DNA from: Octopus vulgaris
Taxonomy: Eukaryota
NCBI GenBank assembly: GCA_951406725.2
Contig: OX597814.1
Location: 142,352,001 to 142,416,000, forward strand
Length of the DNA: 64,000 nt
Reading direction: 5' to 3'
Below the pieces are notes generated by a model, which was not told the origin of the DNA, did no database searches, and saw only the letters and a program-made list of their open reading frames with translations. The translations under genes were made by a program, and so were the position numbers. Of this stretch, positions 1 through 13,164 are shown in pieces; position 1 is the stretch's first letter, and each line of letters opens with the position of its first letter.

Positions 1-289
1 CCTGCCTGATGTGTGTGTGTGTGTGTGTATACATACAGACATACACATATACGGGTATAAGTATGTGCACCAGATAAGCCACCCATAATTGAATACAACT
101 CACCCAACTAAAACTCACTACTTGAATGGACCATAAACAAAACTTGACTTAAACAGGATTTAGATAATCCTATCAGGTGGTGCTATTAAGTTAGACATGG
201 CCTGGACCAATCTTTGGTCGAAACATATCTAAGTTTTATATATATATGCATATATATATATGAATGTATGTATGTGTATATATATATAT

Positions 290-424
290 GTAAATATAAT
301 ATGTGACAATTATTCGGTAGCCATGATAAAACTCCAAGTTTCGGATGTCGGAGCGGAAACCCACGTCGCTATCTCTTCAGCTATCCGGCCATCGAAAAAA
401 ATAATTGTCACATATTATATTTAC
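290..424 (-). ncRNA. Type I hammerhead ribozyme motif at the centre of a long hairpin (PLE-type repeat)
   Basis: Minus strand reads GAUAG-CUGAAGA (380-374)-imperfect stem II-GAAA (342-339)-CUUGGA-GUU-UUAUC. Stem I is extended by TGTGACAATTATT/AATAATTGTCACA arms. Confidence 0.6.
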
Positions 425-476
425 AGAATAAATTCCTCTATTTACATAATATCGAGGGTCGCTTTCATTCTTTTGT

Positions 477-517
<41 letters not shown>

Positions 518-566
518 GTATATATATATATGCACATACTTATATATGCATGTATGTGTGTTTATA

Positions 567-606
<40 letters not shown>

Positions 607-608
<2 letters not shown>

Positions 609-1000
609 CACAGGAGTGGCTATGTGTGGTAAGTAGCTTGTTTACCAACCACATGGTTTCGGGTTCAGTCCCACTGCGTGGAACCTTCGGCAAGTGTCTT
701 CTTCTATAGCCTCGGGCCGACCAAAGCCTTGTCAGTGGATTTGGTATATGGAAACTGAAAGAAGCCGGTCGTATATATATATGTGTGTGTGTGCGTGTGT
801 ATATGTGTCTGTGTTTGTCCCCCTAGCATTGCTTGACAACCGATGCTGGTGTGTTTATGTCCCCGTCACTTAGCGGTTCGGCAAAAGAGACCGATAGAAT
901 AAGTACTGGGCTTACAAACAATAAGTTCCGGGGTCGAGTTGTTCGATTAAAGGCGGTGCTCCAGCATGGCCGAAGTCAAATGACTGAAACAAGTAAAAGA
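607..1000 (+). mobile_element. tRNA-derived SINE, family A
   Basis: A-box-like TGGCTATGTGTGG, B-box-like GGTTCAGTCCC, internal microsatellite, tail GGCGGTGCTCCAGCATGGCC..AGTCAAATGACTGAAAC; about 10 copies in the window. Confidence 0.85.
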
Positions 1001-1015
1001 GAAAAGAGAGAGAGA

Positions 1016-1068
<53 letters not shown>

Positions 1069-1131
1069 TATATGAGTACACATACACGCACACACACACA
1101 AACATAGATATATCAGACAGGTATCCGTCTA

Positions 1132-1167
<36 letters not shown>

Positions 1168-1255
1168 TGTATGTATGTACGTATGTATGTATGCATGTAT
1201 GTATGTATCTATCTATCTGTCTCTCAGTCTAGCTGTCTAGCAGTCTGTCTGTCTG

Positions 1256-1361
<106 letters not shown>

Positions 1362-1620
1362 TGTGTGTATGTGTGTGTGTGTGTAGCTGAAATTTATAGA
1401 AAAACAAAAACAAAGGTCGAAGACAGGTGTATGAACAACAAGCGAGTATAATAGTTTGACGCCCGGGAAAAATGTAAAAGTCTTTTACGTTTCAAAAACA
1501 AAGAGTGAATGAAAAAAACGTGTAGAATTCCGTGATCCAACATGGCATACAGAAAGAGAGTGTGTGAGAGAATATATTTATACATACTTATGTGTCTTAT
1601 ACGTATTTTTATATACATAT

Positions 1621-1658
<38 letters not shown>

Positions 1659-2639
1659 ACACACATGCAGTGAGAGAACGACTGGAGTGGGGTGATAGGA
1701 CAGACCACACACGGTCATAAATACCAACTTAAGTTTAAAGACAAAACAAAATTTTGATGTTCACCTTTCTTGAAACAAATTCTGAAACAAATACATCAAG
1801 TATGCGCGCGTGTGTGTGTGTGTGTTTGTGCGTGTGTGTGTGTGTGTGCGTACATGTGTGTGCGTGGGGTTATGTATTTGTGTCTGTGTGGTATCTGAGT
1901 GAATTTGTGTGTGTGTGTGAATATACATACATACATATATATACTCAGGTATTAAGACATATACACATACACACACACACAGACACACATAGACAGAGAT
2001 ACACACACACGCATATACGTATTCACTATGAGGATATTTAAACATCTCGCAGGAATATTTTTATCGAAGATACCCTGGTTTAATATATATTTTGAAGAGA
2101 TATTTCTTCATCGTAGCAGGAGGCACGTAACAGAGTAGCTCCGTCCAACTTGCCACTTCTCCCAAAACAGTATAGAAAAGAAGCTCAAACACACTGAAAG
2201 GTGGTGCTCCAGCATGGCATGGCTGAAACCAGTGAAAGTTAAAAGAAAACGAAAGACACTACGCACGAGGTGCAGAAGATAACCTCTTAACTTAAGCAAG
2301 GCATCTATCCACTAAACAGTGCTCAACCACGAATAATAGAAATTAGAACAGTGTACTTTGTTTGTAGATACAGTGTAGAGTGTAAGTAGGTTGTTGTTAA
2401 GTCAGATTAACTTCGGAGATATTTTCCCAGACACACAGAAACTGCAGGAGCTACTCAGAACTATTGCAAGCTTTTCTGAATCCGTCATAATGACGGAAAT
2501 ACCTCTGTATTATCAGCAGCTATCTCAGGGTCATAAGCGTTTCGTATCTTTGTCTGTATGCTTCACCTGAGTGGGATAGCGAAGACTGAATTAGTTTTCT
2601 CCTGTGAATGGTTCCACTTGCTTTCTCTTGTCAATCACA

Positions 2640-3450
2640 ACAACCTTGAAATGGTTTCAGTTGCTATGCTTACCTCCTCGGTGGCTTTTTTCAGTTGGCT
2701 GGGTTTCAGATCATTCATGCGGGAAATTGCGTACCGATCTCGCTGGAAGGTTGCGGCAGCTAGTTTCAATACAAAATAAGACCGAGTACCATTCTTTGAC
2801 AAAGCCCTCGTCCACCAAGTCCTGATATTTGGTCTGCTAGTGAGATGTGTCGAGTCTATCCTCCCAGCGATCTGTAAGTTCAACCATAATGATTGTTTTT
2901 GCTCTCCAGGAGAGCAGAAATATGTCTGGTCGGAGTGATGCTACCGCTAACTCCTCTGAGAAAACGAGTCTGCCCTTTAGGTTCACTTTCATTTCTCAGT
3001 CTAAGGCTGGATACAAAATAGAAAACAGTCTCCCATTATTGTTGCCCTCGTCTGAGGAGTCATATCACCTTCCCTAATTAATATGATTTCCTTGGTGGTG
3101 ATGACTACTGTTTGTTGGCTTTAAACATCTGCAGGTCTGTCCATTTGGTGATTTCTGCAAGAACCTTATCATGCCTCCATTTGTACCAGATTTATCCCAA
3201 TACCCTAGGACATCCGATCAAAGTATGCTCTAAGGTGCGAAGATTTGCTCCATACTACTTGCAGGATGGGTCATTTTCTTTGTCCCATGTTTTAAGGTTA
3301 TTTGGGATTGACAAGAAGTCAGCGACAGCACGCTGGAGGAAGGACAGTTTTCCTTAGTCAGTACTTCAGATTTCCTCACAGGACAATGGGTGCTCGAGTA
3401 ATTGTTTCACTGTAACCATTGTCTCGAGTAGACAAACGTTACTGCCTTCA
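2640..3450 (-). pseudogene. Decayed RLE-type non-LTR retrotransposon C-terminus (HERO-like)
   Basis: Manual translation gives GCPRVLG..WYKWRHDKVLAEI and LRPDIFLLSWRAKTIIMVELTDRWED..TKYQDL (PD-(D/E)xK restriction-like endonuclease), with stops and frameshifts. Confidence 0.65.
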
Positions 3451-4107
3451 TACAGTGATCCTCCTTCATTTGATCGCGGATCCTTTGTACTATGAGCTCT
3501 CTCTCTCTCACTCTTGTTCCTGACCATTTATTAACACTTCAGAATTCCACTGGTTCTCATTATTTGTCATCCCGAAATAATGTAAGTTAAATTTGACCAG
3601 AATGAGATTTGAACGCAAAACGTAAATATTCGTAAATACCCTGTGACATATCCACTTCTCTCCCGAGATTGCAAATCTACCATCTTGGCTCTTACTCCAG
3701 CATTCAACATTGCCAGCTATTTGGCTGCCATCTCATACCATAAATACAGTTATAGAAGCCTTGAGAGCAGCTGTATATAGTCGCTCAACTTGATAGAAAA
3801 AAAGCTATCAGATCTTTCTCACATCTCATCATCCTGTCTTCAAAAGATAAGGACACTTTTAATAACATTTACTCCAAAATACACTGTGACTGAAACACTG
3901 ACGTGATCAACATGGCCATAACGTTTTTGATCACAATTTGAGCAGAGCAGAACTGAGTTGCAGCTAAACACCAACAGCCAATTCAACAACATTGTGCTGC
4001 TAACCAACGGGTGTGTTTTTCATATATATTAGTTAGACAAGCTAGAAATCTGAATCTTCTTCAAATGAATCTTCTTCAACAAATATTTTATCGTCTAAAA
4101 AAGAGAC

Positions 4108-4278
4108 ATTGGATGATGGTTAAGAAGCTCTCTTTGCAACCTCGTGGTTTTGGGTTCAGTCCAACTGCGCGGCATCTTGGACAAGTATCTTAAACTATAG
4201 GTCTGGGTCAAAAAGTGCCATGTAAGTGAACTTGGATGGTGAAACTGTGAAGAAGCCAGTGTGGAATCCTGTCGTAAA

Positions 4279-4309
<31 letters not shown>

Positions 4310-4527
4310 CTGTCTGTCTGTCTGTATGTGTGTGTGTGTGTGTGTGTATGTATGTCTTTGTATTTACCTCACCACCGTTACTTAGCGGTTCGGCCAAAGA
4401 GAACCATAAAATAAGTATTAAACTTAAAAATACTACTTCAGTCGAAGTGCTTGACTAAACCCTTCAAGGCAGTGGTACCCTAGCATGGCCGCAGTCCAGT
4501 GACTGAAACAAGTGAAAGATTAAAAGA
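4108..4527 (+). mobile_element. SINE family A, diverged copy
   Basis: Head, body and tail similar to 607-1000. Confidence 0.75.
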
Positions 4528-4866
4528 AAGGATGAAAGAATTCTTGTAAAACAAGACGGAATGATCACGGCTGGAATGCTTTTGATGATAGATCAATTTA
4601 CTCAAAGCTTACCTGGCTTTAAGCAACTACAACAAATCTTTTCAAGTTTAAATGGTTTCTCATAATTGGGCGAGACTATCCCACATGGGAATCGAAACCA
4701 GGTCGTAGATTCGGTTCAGCAAGATTTGGTGCCGTACCACAGCAGCTGTCGTCTATACATTTTAAATAGAGCAGACAGAGAGATATTCAATTCAATTGCA
4801 GTCAGTAGAGACCTCACACACGCAAGTAATTAGTAATATTTATTTATTCAATGTTTACCACACATC

Positions 4867-4980
<114 letters not shown>

Positions 4981-5531
4981 ATAGATATAGATATAGATAT
5001 ATATGTATGTATGTATAAGCGGTTCAGTTATTCAAATATATATCACACACATATACACATAAATACGTACATAGATAGACACAAACGACAGATTCATAGA
5101 GGGGCAGAAACAGATTGACAGACACATCCATCCATCCATCCATCCATCCATACATACATATATACACACACACATACATACATACATACATACATACATA
5201 CATACATACATACATACATACATACATACATACGCTCACACACGCAGATGCACATACAGGCACATACGAGCAGGCGCGAAGCTATCTACAGAAATACACA
5301 CATAAGTTATTTACAAGTTCAGATTCTAAGGCACATTCGTATATTGATATATGCAGAGATACGCATCGAAAAACAAATACACAGATACCGAGACGAACAT
5401 TCATACATAGGCGTTGTGTGCGCGCCTGTGAACATGCATGAACGCTAGCACACTTAAGTAAAGACATCTTATGAGCAGTTTCATAAAAGATTTTTTGCAG
5501 CATACTTCTGCAAAGTAGTAAAAAGATAAAT

Positions 5532-5583
<52 letters not shown>

Positions 5584-5641
5584 TATGTGTTGTGTGTGTG
5601 TGTACAGTAGAAAGAAAGAGTTAGCAGGTATTAGTTTAGAG

Positions 5642-6508
5642 TAGTGTCTCTCAACCTTTTTACATTTGCGTAACCCTAAAAATAAATTACGTCTCAAGGA
5701 ACTCCTGCACAAAAAAAAACACAAAAAGAAAATCATACATTATATCTGTCTTATATTTTTTCATCGTAGTTCACGTGGTAAATATCATATATACAGTAGA
5801 AAGAAAGAGTTAGCAGGGAAATAATAGGTATTATATTGGGTTGTCCGGAAAGTTCGTGCCGATTTATAGTAGCTTACATTTCGACTTATTTTAGAACATG
5901 GTTGAGTCCATAAAATAGGATTTGACTACACCTCCATTTAGAGCACAGTTTAAGCTATTTTTTTCGTGGAAGAAGGTTTATGTTCCTAGAACCTGTGTTA
6001 ATTCTGTAACCCTTTAAAATGGAAGATAAGAAAGTTCATTTTCGGCACTTGATGCTTTCGGAACCAGACAAAAATTGTTGCAGCTCGACTGGAATGTATT
6101 ACCCTATTCTCCATATTCCCCAGATATTGCTCCTGCGGATTTCTACTTATTCTGGTCTTTGCAGAATAGTCTTAATGGTAAAAATTTCAATTCCTTGGAT
6201 TACGTAAAAAGATACCTTGATGAATTATTTGCCATGAAACTACCTTAATTCTGGGAAGAGTGTAGTTTCAAGTTAAAGGAAAGAGGGAGACGCATTGTTC
6301 CAGAAAATGGTTCATATTTTGTTGATTAAATATGTAATGGCAAGTATTTATTGACCTTTTTCTTTCCTTTAAAAATCGGCACAAACTTTCCGGACAACCC
6401 AATATATATACTACGATCATGAAATTAGCATTAGCTTATCTCACTCTTTCTCGCGGAACCCTTTTGCGAAACACTAGGGTTTCGGGGTACCCCGGTTGAG
6501 AAACGCAG
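5642..6508. mobile_element. hAT (Charlie-like) MITE interrupted by a mariner element
   Basis: Termini TAGTGTCTCTCAACC / GGTTGAGAAACGCAG; perfect 8-bp TSD GTTTAGAG at 5634-5641 and 6509-6516. Confidence 0.8.
5834..6404 (+). mobile_element. Internally deleted mariner transposon
   Basis: ~32-bp TIRs (TATTGGGTTGTCCGGAAAGTT..GCCGATTT) with TA flanks; transposase N-terminus MEDKKVHFRHLML joined to a C-terminus containing PYSPDIAPADFYLF. Confidence 0.9.
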
Positions 6509-6932
6509 GTTTAGAGCATAGAATTTTTCTTAATTACTCCCTATTCGTATCTATAACTTTGCAACGGAATCTGTCCCTGGTCATTCCTGCCCAACGGCTT
6601 AAACCTACGGTCATTAGCAACATGTATTAAATCCGAGGAAAACAGAGTTCATTTAACAAAATACTACCTATTACATCACCTGAAGAGATGCTTCTGCACT
6701 GAGGGATGCACCACAACTAGTTGTATAGTTTCCCACTCGCGAGGGGTTGGTTCAGGCTGTTTCGAAACAATTTTTGGGAGCAACAAAGTTGCCCGTGTAT
6801 TCCATTTTCCGTCTCTATTATTTGTTTTGTACTCAACGTGTACGGAATAATTCCCGAGGAAGATCCAGCGACAATTATGTAATTACCGTGCATGACGTCA
6901 GATAGCTGTACTAGAAGGAAAATACCTAGAAT

Positions 6933-7002
<70 letters not shown>

Positions 7003-7029
7003 ACACATATACATACATATATATGCATA

Positions 7030-7235
7030 AAATGTAACCGCGTGTGTATCATTGGCGATTTTCCCCCCTCTTCCCTTCCTTTGGACTTTCCTCTATTTCT
7101 GAAGAAGAGCTTGGCTCGAAACGTTAAATCCTCTTTCCCTCCTTTCCTGAGCGTCTGATAATACAGTACTTGTACCACGTCCTCGCGTTATTGTTTTTTC
7201 TTGTTTGGATTTCTTTGTTTGGATTCACTATACAT
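7030..7235 (+). mobile_element. PLE-type short repeat with minimal type I hammerhead (7095-7129)
   Basis: ATTT-CTGAAGA-A-GAGC-TTG-GCTC-GAAA-CGTT-AAAT, with palindromic stem III AACGTT. Confidence 0.75.
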
Positions 7236-7242
7236 ACATACA

Positions 7243-7300
<58 letters not shown>

Positions 7301-7473
7301 AAATCTGTTCTGTCTGTCTGTCTGTGCGCTTATAACTCGAGTATTGTTCATTCGATCGCGCTGACATTTTAAACATCTAAACATCTAAAAAGATTTTCAA
7401 AATAGTTTCATGGTGAGAATCGCTATTTTTGTAATCTTTTTTCTCCTGTTTGTTCCGCCATTAAAATCAACAA

Positions 7474-7740
7474 GTTACTCAGACGTGCGTTCTGCTCCCT
7501 CATCATGCCTCACGCTTGTCCAGCCACTTTTAAACTTCTCGATCCAGTCATACACACTTCTACGCCGTAGTGCACAGTGCCGATGAATTTCAGCAAATTT
7601 CAGAGAAATCGGATTACTGCTCTTTGCCCTTATTTGGTGCTCATTGCTTACCTGTAAAGTCAGAAATAAAAATGGCGCGAGGAGGCTCAGGCTTCGATCA
7701 CGTGACCGCAATAGTACCAACTATAATCAGGCATGCATAG
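7474..7740 (-). pseudogene. Mariner transposase N-terminal (HTH) remnant
   Basis: AEIHR..RRSVYDWIEKFKSGWTSVRHDEGAERTS resembles the mariner HTH region. Confidence 0.65.
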
Positions 7741-7749
7741 AAGGCAGTG

Positions 7750-7875
7750 TGACAATAATAAACAACAAACAGGTGTATTAGTTTAACTCTCAGAAAGGTG
7801 AGGAAGCGTTTTACGTTTCGAGCCTACACTTTTCAGCAGAAAGGAACACGAGAAAAATAAACAGAGAGAGAATCT
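7750..7875 (-). mobile_element. PLE-type repeat with degenerate minimal hammerhead (7809-7842); partial relative at ~1410-1495
   Basis: Minus strand TTT-CTGCTGA-A-AAGT-GTAG-GCTC-GAAA-CGTA-AAA; core A6 is substituted. Confidence 0.5.
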
Positions 7876-8902
7876 TAAAAACACACACACATACACACAT
7901 CTGATGACAGCTACAAAACTGACTTTGAAGTTTCAATTAGCACACCACTTCAAAGTTAGTGTTAACCTGTGAGAAAAACACCAACAGTCATTCCAGGCTG
8001 AGCTCCGTGGACCAATGACTGCATTTCGTGCTAATTAGCTATCATCAGCAGTTGGTACCAAGAAAGACAACTTTGAAGGGACTCTAGAAATCATAGCTTC
8101 GTTATAGAAAAATCAATGTCTAAAGCGAGAATTTTTCCATGGCATCCACAATGAAAACAGCCTTTCTGCAGTTCAAATATATTCCAAGACTATTTGAACT
8201 GACTTATAAGTTTGTTTAACTCATTGCAGCTTTTGTTCGAATTTGGTGGTCTCACATGTAATGTAGTTTGTAGATAGTTTCTACTGACTTTTTATAGGTT
8301 TGGCAATATACTTCCTGATATACACAAAGACGGTCCTGGCTGAAACGCATTTGTCCATAGATCTCTCTCATCAGGTTAGAAACGAGGCTGAAACAAAAAC
8401 AGCTGCAGAAACAACAACGGTAACTGAGTGAGCTATGCCCTGTATTGTCCAAGGTTAGACTATCTCAGAGCATTTCATGTTGGGTCTGCAAACAAAAAGG
8501 AAAACAAAAAAAAAGAAGGAAATGAGAAACATCATAATGTCATTTACGGTATAGATCATATTAAAGACGTGCGATAATAGTATTAGACTGAAGGCATTTG
8601 TCATAATGGAACTAGTGTATAAAATTTGTGGCTTGGACCGCAGAGATATATTCCAGAAAACTGAAGCAGCCACCTAGGTTAGTGTTAATTCAATTGATTC
8701 CCAAAACGTTTGATTTGTTACCTCTGTGCCATAGGTTAGCGACAGCAACAGTAGCTGTAGCAACAACAACAACAACGACAACAACTACAACATGATGATA
8801 TTTTCAATATGCGGTATTCTTCCAAACACTCTTTTACTTTATCTACGTTTTTCTTTCAATCATTCCCTTTCCTTCTCTTTTTCCGCTTGCTCTCTTACTC
8901 TC

Positions 8903-8942
<40 letters not shown>

Positions 8943-9158
8943 ATCCCGGTTCTCTATCTATCTTTGTCTCACTTTTTCTTCATGTATATGTATATATATA
9001 TGTGTGTGTGTGTGTATTAGAAAATTTGGAAATATAATACACACACACACATACATACATTAAACATATACATATATACATACACATATACACATATGTA
9101 AAGCATACATATATTTATACAAGTACATACACATATATACACACACTAAATACATACA

Positions 9159-9210
<52 letters not shown>

Positions 9211-10009
9211 TATATATATATATACGTATATATATACATATATATATGTATATATACACTCACAGATACACACAAACACACACATATATATGTGTGTATG
9301 TATATATGCATACATACGTACATGCATGTATGCATGCATGTATGCCTACATGCATGCATGCACATATACATACATATATACATACATACGCCCGTTTCTG
9401 TATCATTTAGCATTCTTATTGTTTTTCACTCTTCTTTTTCTCGTGTATTTATAGTCCTATCCTCGTATATCATTTTGTCAGTCTCCCTATTTTTAATAAC
9501 ACCATTTAGACTGCGTAAATATACGGCAGCACACTTGTATACACGCACGCACACACACACACACACACACGCACACACTCAACAACAACAACAACAACAC
9601 ATGACAACAACTATATATATAAGCATAGCTTAGGTCGTATACTCAAGTCACTCGTACGCACACATACACACATATACAACATATACATATATATGCGTAG
9701 TTGCATATACATACGTTATATATCTCAGAGTAGAATCTGTTGAATAAATATGACTGGTTGCATTTCATTGGCCAATATATTCAGTGACTAACATGTTCAG
9801 TGACTAAGAACTAGTTCATTGACTGACCACAACTAAAAATGTCCACAGCCTTCTAAGTGAAACAAATGACTAATCATAGATTATTTTTAATGATATTAAT
9901 TCCATCTGTTCAATGTGATCGGCAATGACTTTACATAATACTGTTTATTCTACCAACAAAAACATCTGATTAGTTTTCATTGAATAACAATATTATTAAG
10001 GAAGGCAAT

Positions 10010-10478
10010 TATTCTTTTCGATTCTAGGCACAAGGCTCGAAATTTTGCGGTAGGGGACAGTCAATTAGATCGACACCGGTACGCAATTAGTACTTAATCT
10101 ATTGACCCCGAAAGCATGAAAGGCAGAGTCGACCTCGGTGGAATTTGAACTCAGAGCGTAAAGACAGACAAAATACCGCAAAGCATTTCGCCCGGCGTGC
10201 TAACGTTTCTTATTTCTTTATTGCCCACAAGGGGCTAAACATAGAGGAGACAAACAAGCACAAAGGGATTAAGTCGATTGTAACGACCCCGGTGCGTAAC
10301 TGATACTTATTTAATCCACCCCGAAATGATGAAAGCTAAGTCGACTTCGGCGGAATTTGAACTTAGAACGTAGCGGCAGACGAAATACCTATTCCTTTAC
10401 AACCCACAAGGGACTAAACACAGAGGGGACAAACAAGGACAGACAAACGGATTAAGACGTTTCTGTCAGCTCGCCGCC
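10010..10478 (-). mobile_element. tRNA-derived SINE family B with nested insertions of a Tx1-tailed variant
   Basis: Head GGCGGCGAGCTGACAGAAACGT, B-box GAGTTCAAATTCC; head split by a 246-bp insert bounded by the direct repeat ACGTTTCT (10203-10210, 10457-10464). Confidence 0.8.
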
Positions 10479-10921
10479 TGAAGGAAAGTAATTAGTATTT
10501 ACCTAATCGTTAAGGGCTTGTAACTTGGCACATGGAGAAATATACCCATGTCCGCCAGTATCTGTCACTGAACTGAGGATTTGTATAGCATACTTTGAAT
10601 CTGATTCGGTTCAAAAAACCTCTAAGGGATTACAAGTTGGGTGACCTATTTCAGATTTGGACTGAGATATGAACTGGTGGAAAACTGTATCGATCCTTGC
10701 CTTTCTTGAACAATACTACTGGAGTTTGAGTAGGGAGACTTACATGCAGGGTCAGCCGTTTGTCTTGCATTATGTGTGCGCGTGTGCACGTATTAATATC
10801 ACTTTCGTAACCTTTTGCCTATGTTATATATAATCAGCTAGAACACTTATTTCTGATTAGAATCTGTCTGGAACAAACATAATCGGAATAAACCTTCTCA
10901 TAAGAAACTCGTCCCTATATA

Positions 10922-10971
<50 letters not shown>

Positions 10972-10975
<4 letters not shown>

Positions 10976-11175
10976 TAATCCAAACAAGAAAGCACAAAAA
11001 AACACAACACGAGGACGTGGAACAAATATAGTATTATTGGACGCTCAGGAAAGAAGGAAAGAAGGAGGGTTTAACGTTTCGAGCGGAGCTCTTCGTCGGA
11101 AACAAGGAGAAGGAAAGATCCAGAGAAGGGAAGACAGGAAAAAAATCGCCAACGGTACACACGCGGTCACATTTT
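10972..11175 (-). mobile_element. PLE-type repeat with minimal hammerhead (11069-11103), same family as 7030-7235
   Basis: Minus strand GTTT-CCGACGA-A-GAGC-TCC-GCTC-GAAA-CGTT-AAAC (U4C change). Confidence 0.7.
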
Positions 11176-11188
11176 CATATATATATAC

Positions 11189-11267
<79 letters not shown>

Positions 11268-11938
11268 TAACTTCTATGCTGGAGTAAGAACAGCATGTTC
11301 TTTGTCTATCTCCTTAATTTCTTGGAGATTTTAGGTATAATTATACTAACGTGTCCATCTGTTCTAATTAAATTAAATTCTATGTCTTTGTGCAGCTGAA
11401 GATTGCGCTGCATTTTAAGTTGATGTAATGATTGCATTACTCAATTAAATGGAGTTGCATGAAACGATCATACTGCATTACCTCCTTGTTGCTTATTTTG
11501 AGTTATATATATATGGATAGATAGATAGATGTCTATCTATCTGTCTAAATACCTGTGTCTATATATAAAACACGTGTTTGCACGCACACACATACACACA
11601 TACGCACAAAAACACACAAACATTCTCACACTACACACACACACACACTCTCACAATAACTGACGCCATCCAATTTTTCACAAATTCGTATATGCACATA
11701 CGCATATCCCAATATACAGGCAAATTCACATCCACATTACTACTACTAAGCGCATACATACTCTGACAGAAGCACCAGCATACTTATTCCACATTTCTTT
11801 TTCTGAATCTACCTTATATGTTATCATTCCTCCTGGATTATAACTTTTTCATCTTCTCCCTCTTCTTCTCCTAAATAATTTTATAATACGTTTGTCACCC
11901 ATCCCCTCACTTCCAAGGTTTCCTGTTCAATTTCTTTT

Positions 11939-11974
11939 CTTTCAGAAGACAGACTAATGTCCAAAACGTCAAAG
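11939..11974 (+). ncRNA. Degenerate minimal type I hammerhead
   Basis: CTTT-CAGAAGA-C-AGAC-TAAT-GTCC-AAAA-CGTC-AAAG; two core substitutions. Confidence 0.45.
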
Positions 11975-12199
11975 ACAGTCTACTTTCCTTTCAAGCGTTA
12001 AACTAATAACTTAATATCGTATTTTATTTTACCTTGCTGTCTGAGTTGTTTTTTCATTTTAATGATTTTTGTTTTGAATCGTATGTATGTGAGCGTGTGT
12101 AAGTAAATATAAACGTATGTATGTAATAATATAAATAATATATAAATATATGCATATATACATACATATAAGTACATATCTACATATATATGTATATAT

Positions 12200-12700
12200 A
12201 CATGCATATATGGGTACAGGACATCAAAAATAAACGTCAACAAAATGAGAAACGAGAACATAAGAAACAAAAACATAGAAAACGAACTTTTTTTCGAACA
12301 ACGAAAAAAATAAACAGAGAAACGAGACATGCAACATAAAGAACATTCCCTTCTTCAGTTGTCCCCTGTTTTATTTACTCCACATATCGAAGGTAAGGAC
12401 AAGACGCGACTTCGTTAAAACAGTCCTTCCCGCAAAGCAAATTAAATAAAATTTCAGATTTTTTGCAGAGGGTGAAGGTGGTAACAAAACCAGGACAGTG
12501 AGAACAAAACAGTAAAAACAAACGGTAAGGGCTGTTTAGCCAAGACGATGTGATGTGGTGAACGCTGGAAAAACGAGCTTTGAGAAGAGACAGATGAAAG
12601 CACATCTTGTCTTTAAGAAGGAAGTGGAAGAAAGATGGATAGCTGTTGGTCACGTGTGAGCAACGAGAGAGTCAAGGAGAACGCCACGCATCCTTTTCCA
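12200..12700 (-). mobile_element. PLE-like 3' repeat carrying rearranged hammerhead motif (12347-12410), degenerate copy
   Basis: Minus strand GTCGC-GTC-TTGTCC-TTA-CCTTC-GATA-TGTGG..GGACAA-CTGAAGA-A-GGG; similar to 40885-41230. Confidence 0.6.
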
Positions 12701-13002
12701 ACTATGTATGTATGTATGCATGCATATATGTAGGTATGCTTATATCTGTGAATGCATTTATGTATGTATGTATGTATGCATGCATGCATGTATAAGTGAG
12801 TGTGTGCGTGAATGTGCCCCTTTCCATCAATATGCGCATGCGATTGCATTCATGTATGTATACAATAGCATACACAGACATCAGCGCATTTTCACACGCT
12901 TATACGTGGATATGTTGCGCATATATCTGTTTTATAATCTGTGTATTTCTCAACAATTGTCTATAAACCTGTCAATCTATTTATTTGCTTCTCTACTCTG
13001 TA

Positions 13003-13085
<83 letters not shown>

Positions 13086-13164
13086 GCTTGTTTGTATGTC
13101 AATCTATATACCTGTATGTCAATCTGCCTGTATATATAACTACCTATATATAACTACCTATTTA

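Noticed and set aside
191-232. Hairpin with GACCAA/TTGGTC-GAAA resembling half a hammerhead
   Set aside because: No CUGANGA at the required position; possibly a decayed PLE end, but not supportable.
7901-7907. Isolated CTGATGA
   Set aside because: No matching stems or GAAA/NUH partner nearby.
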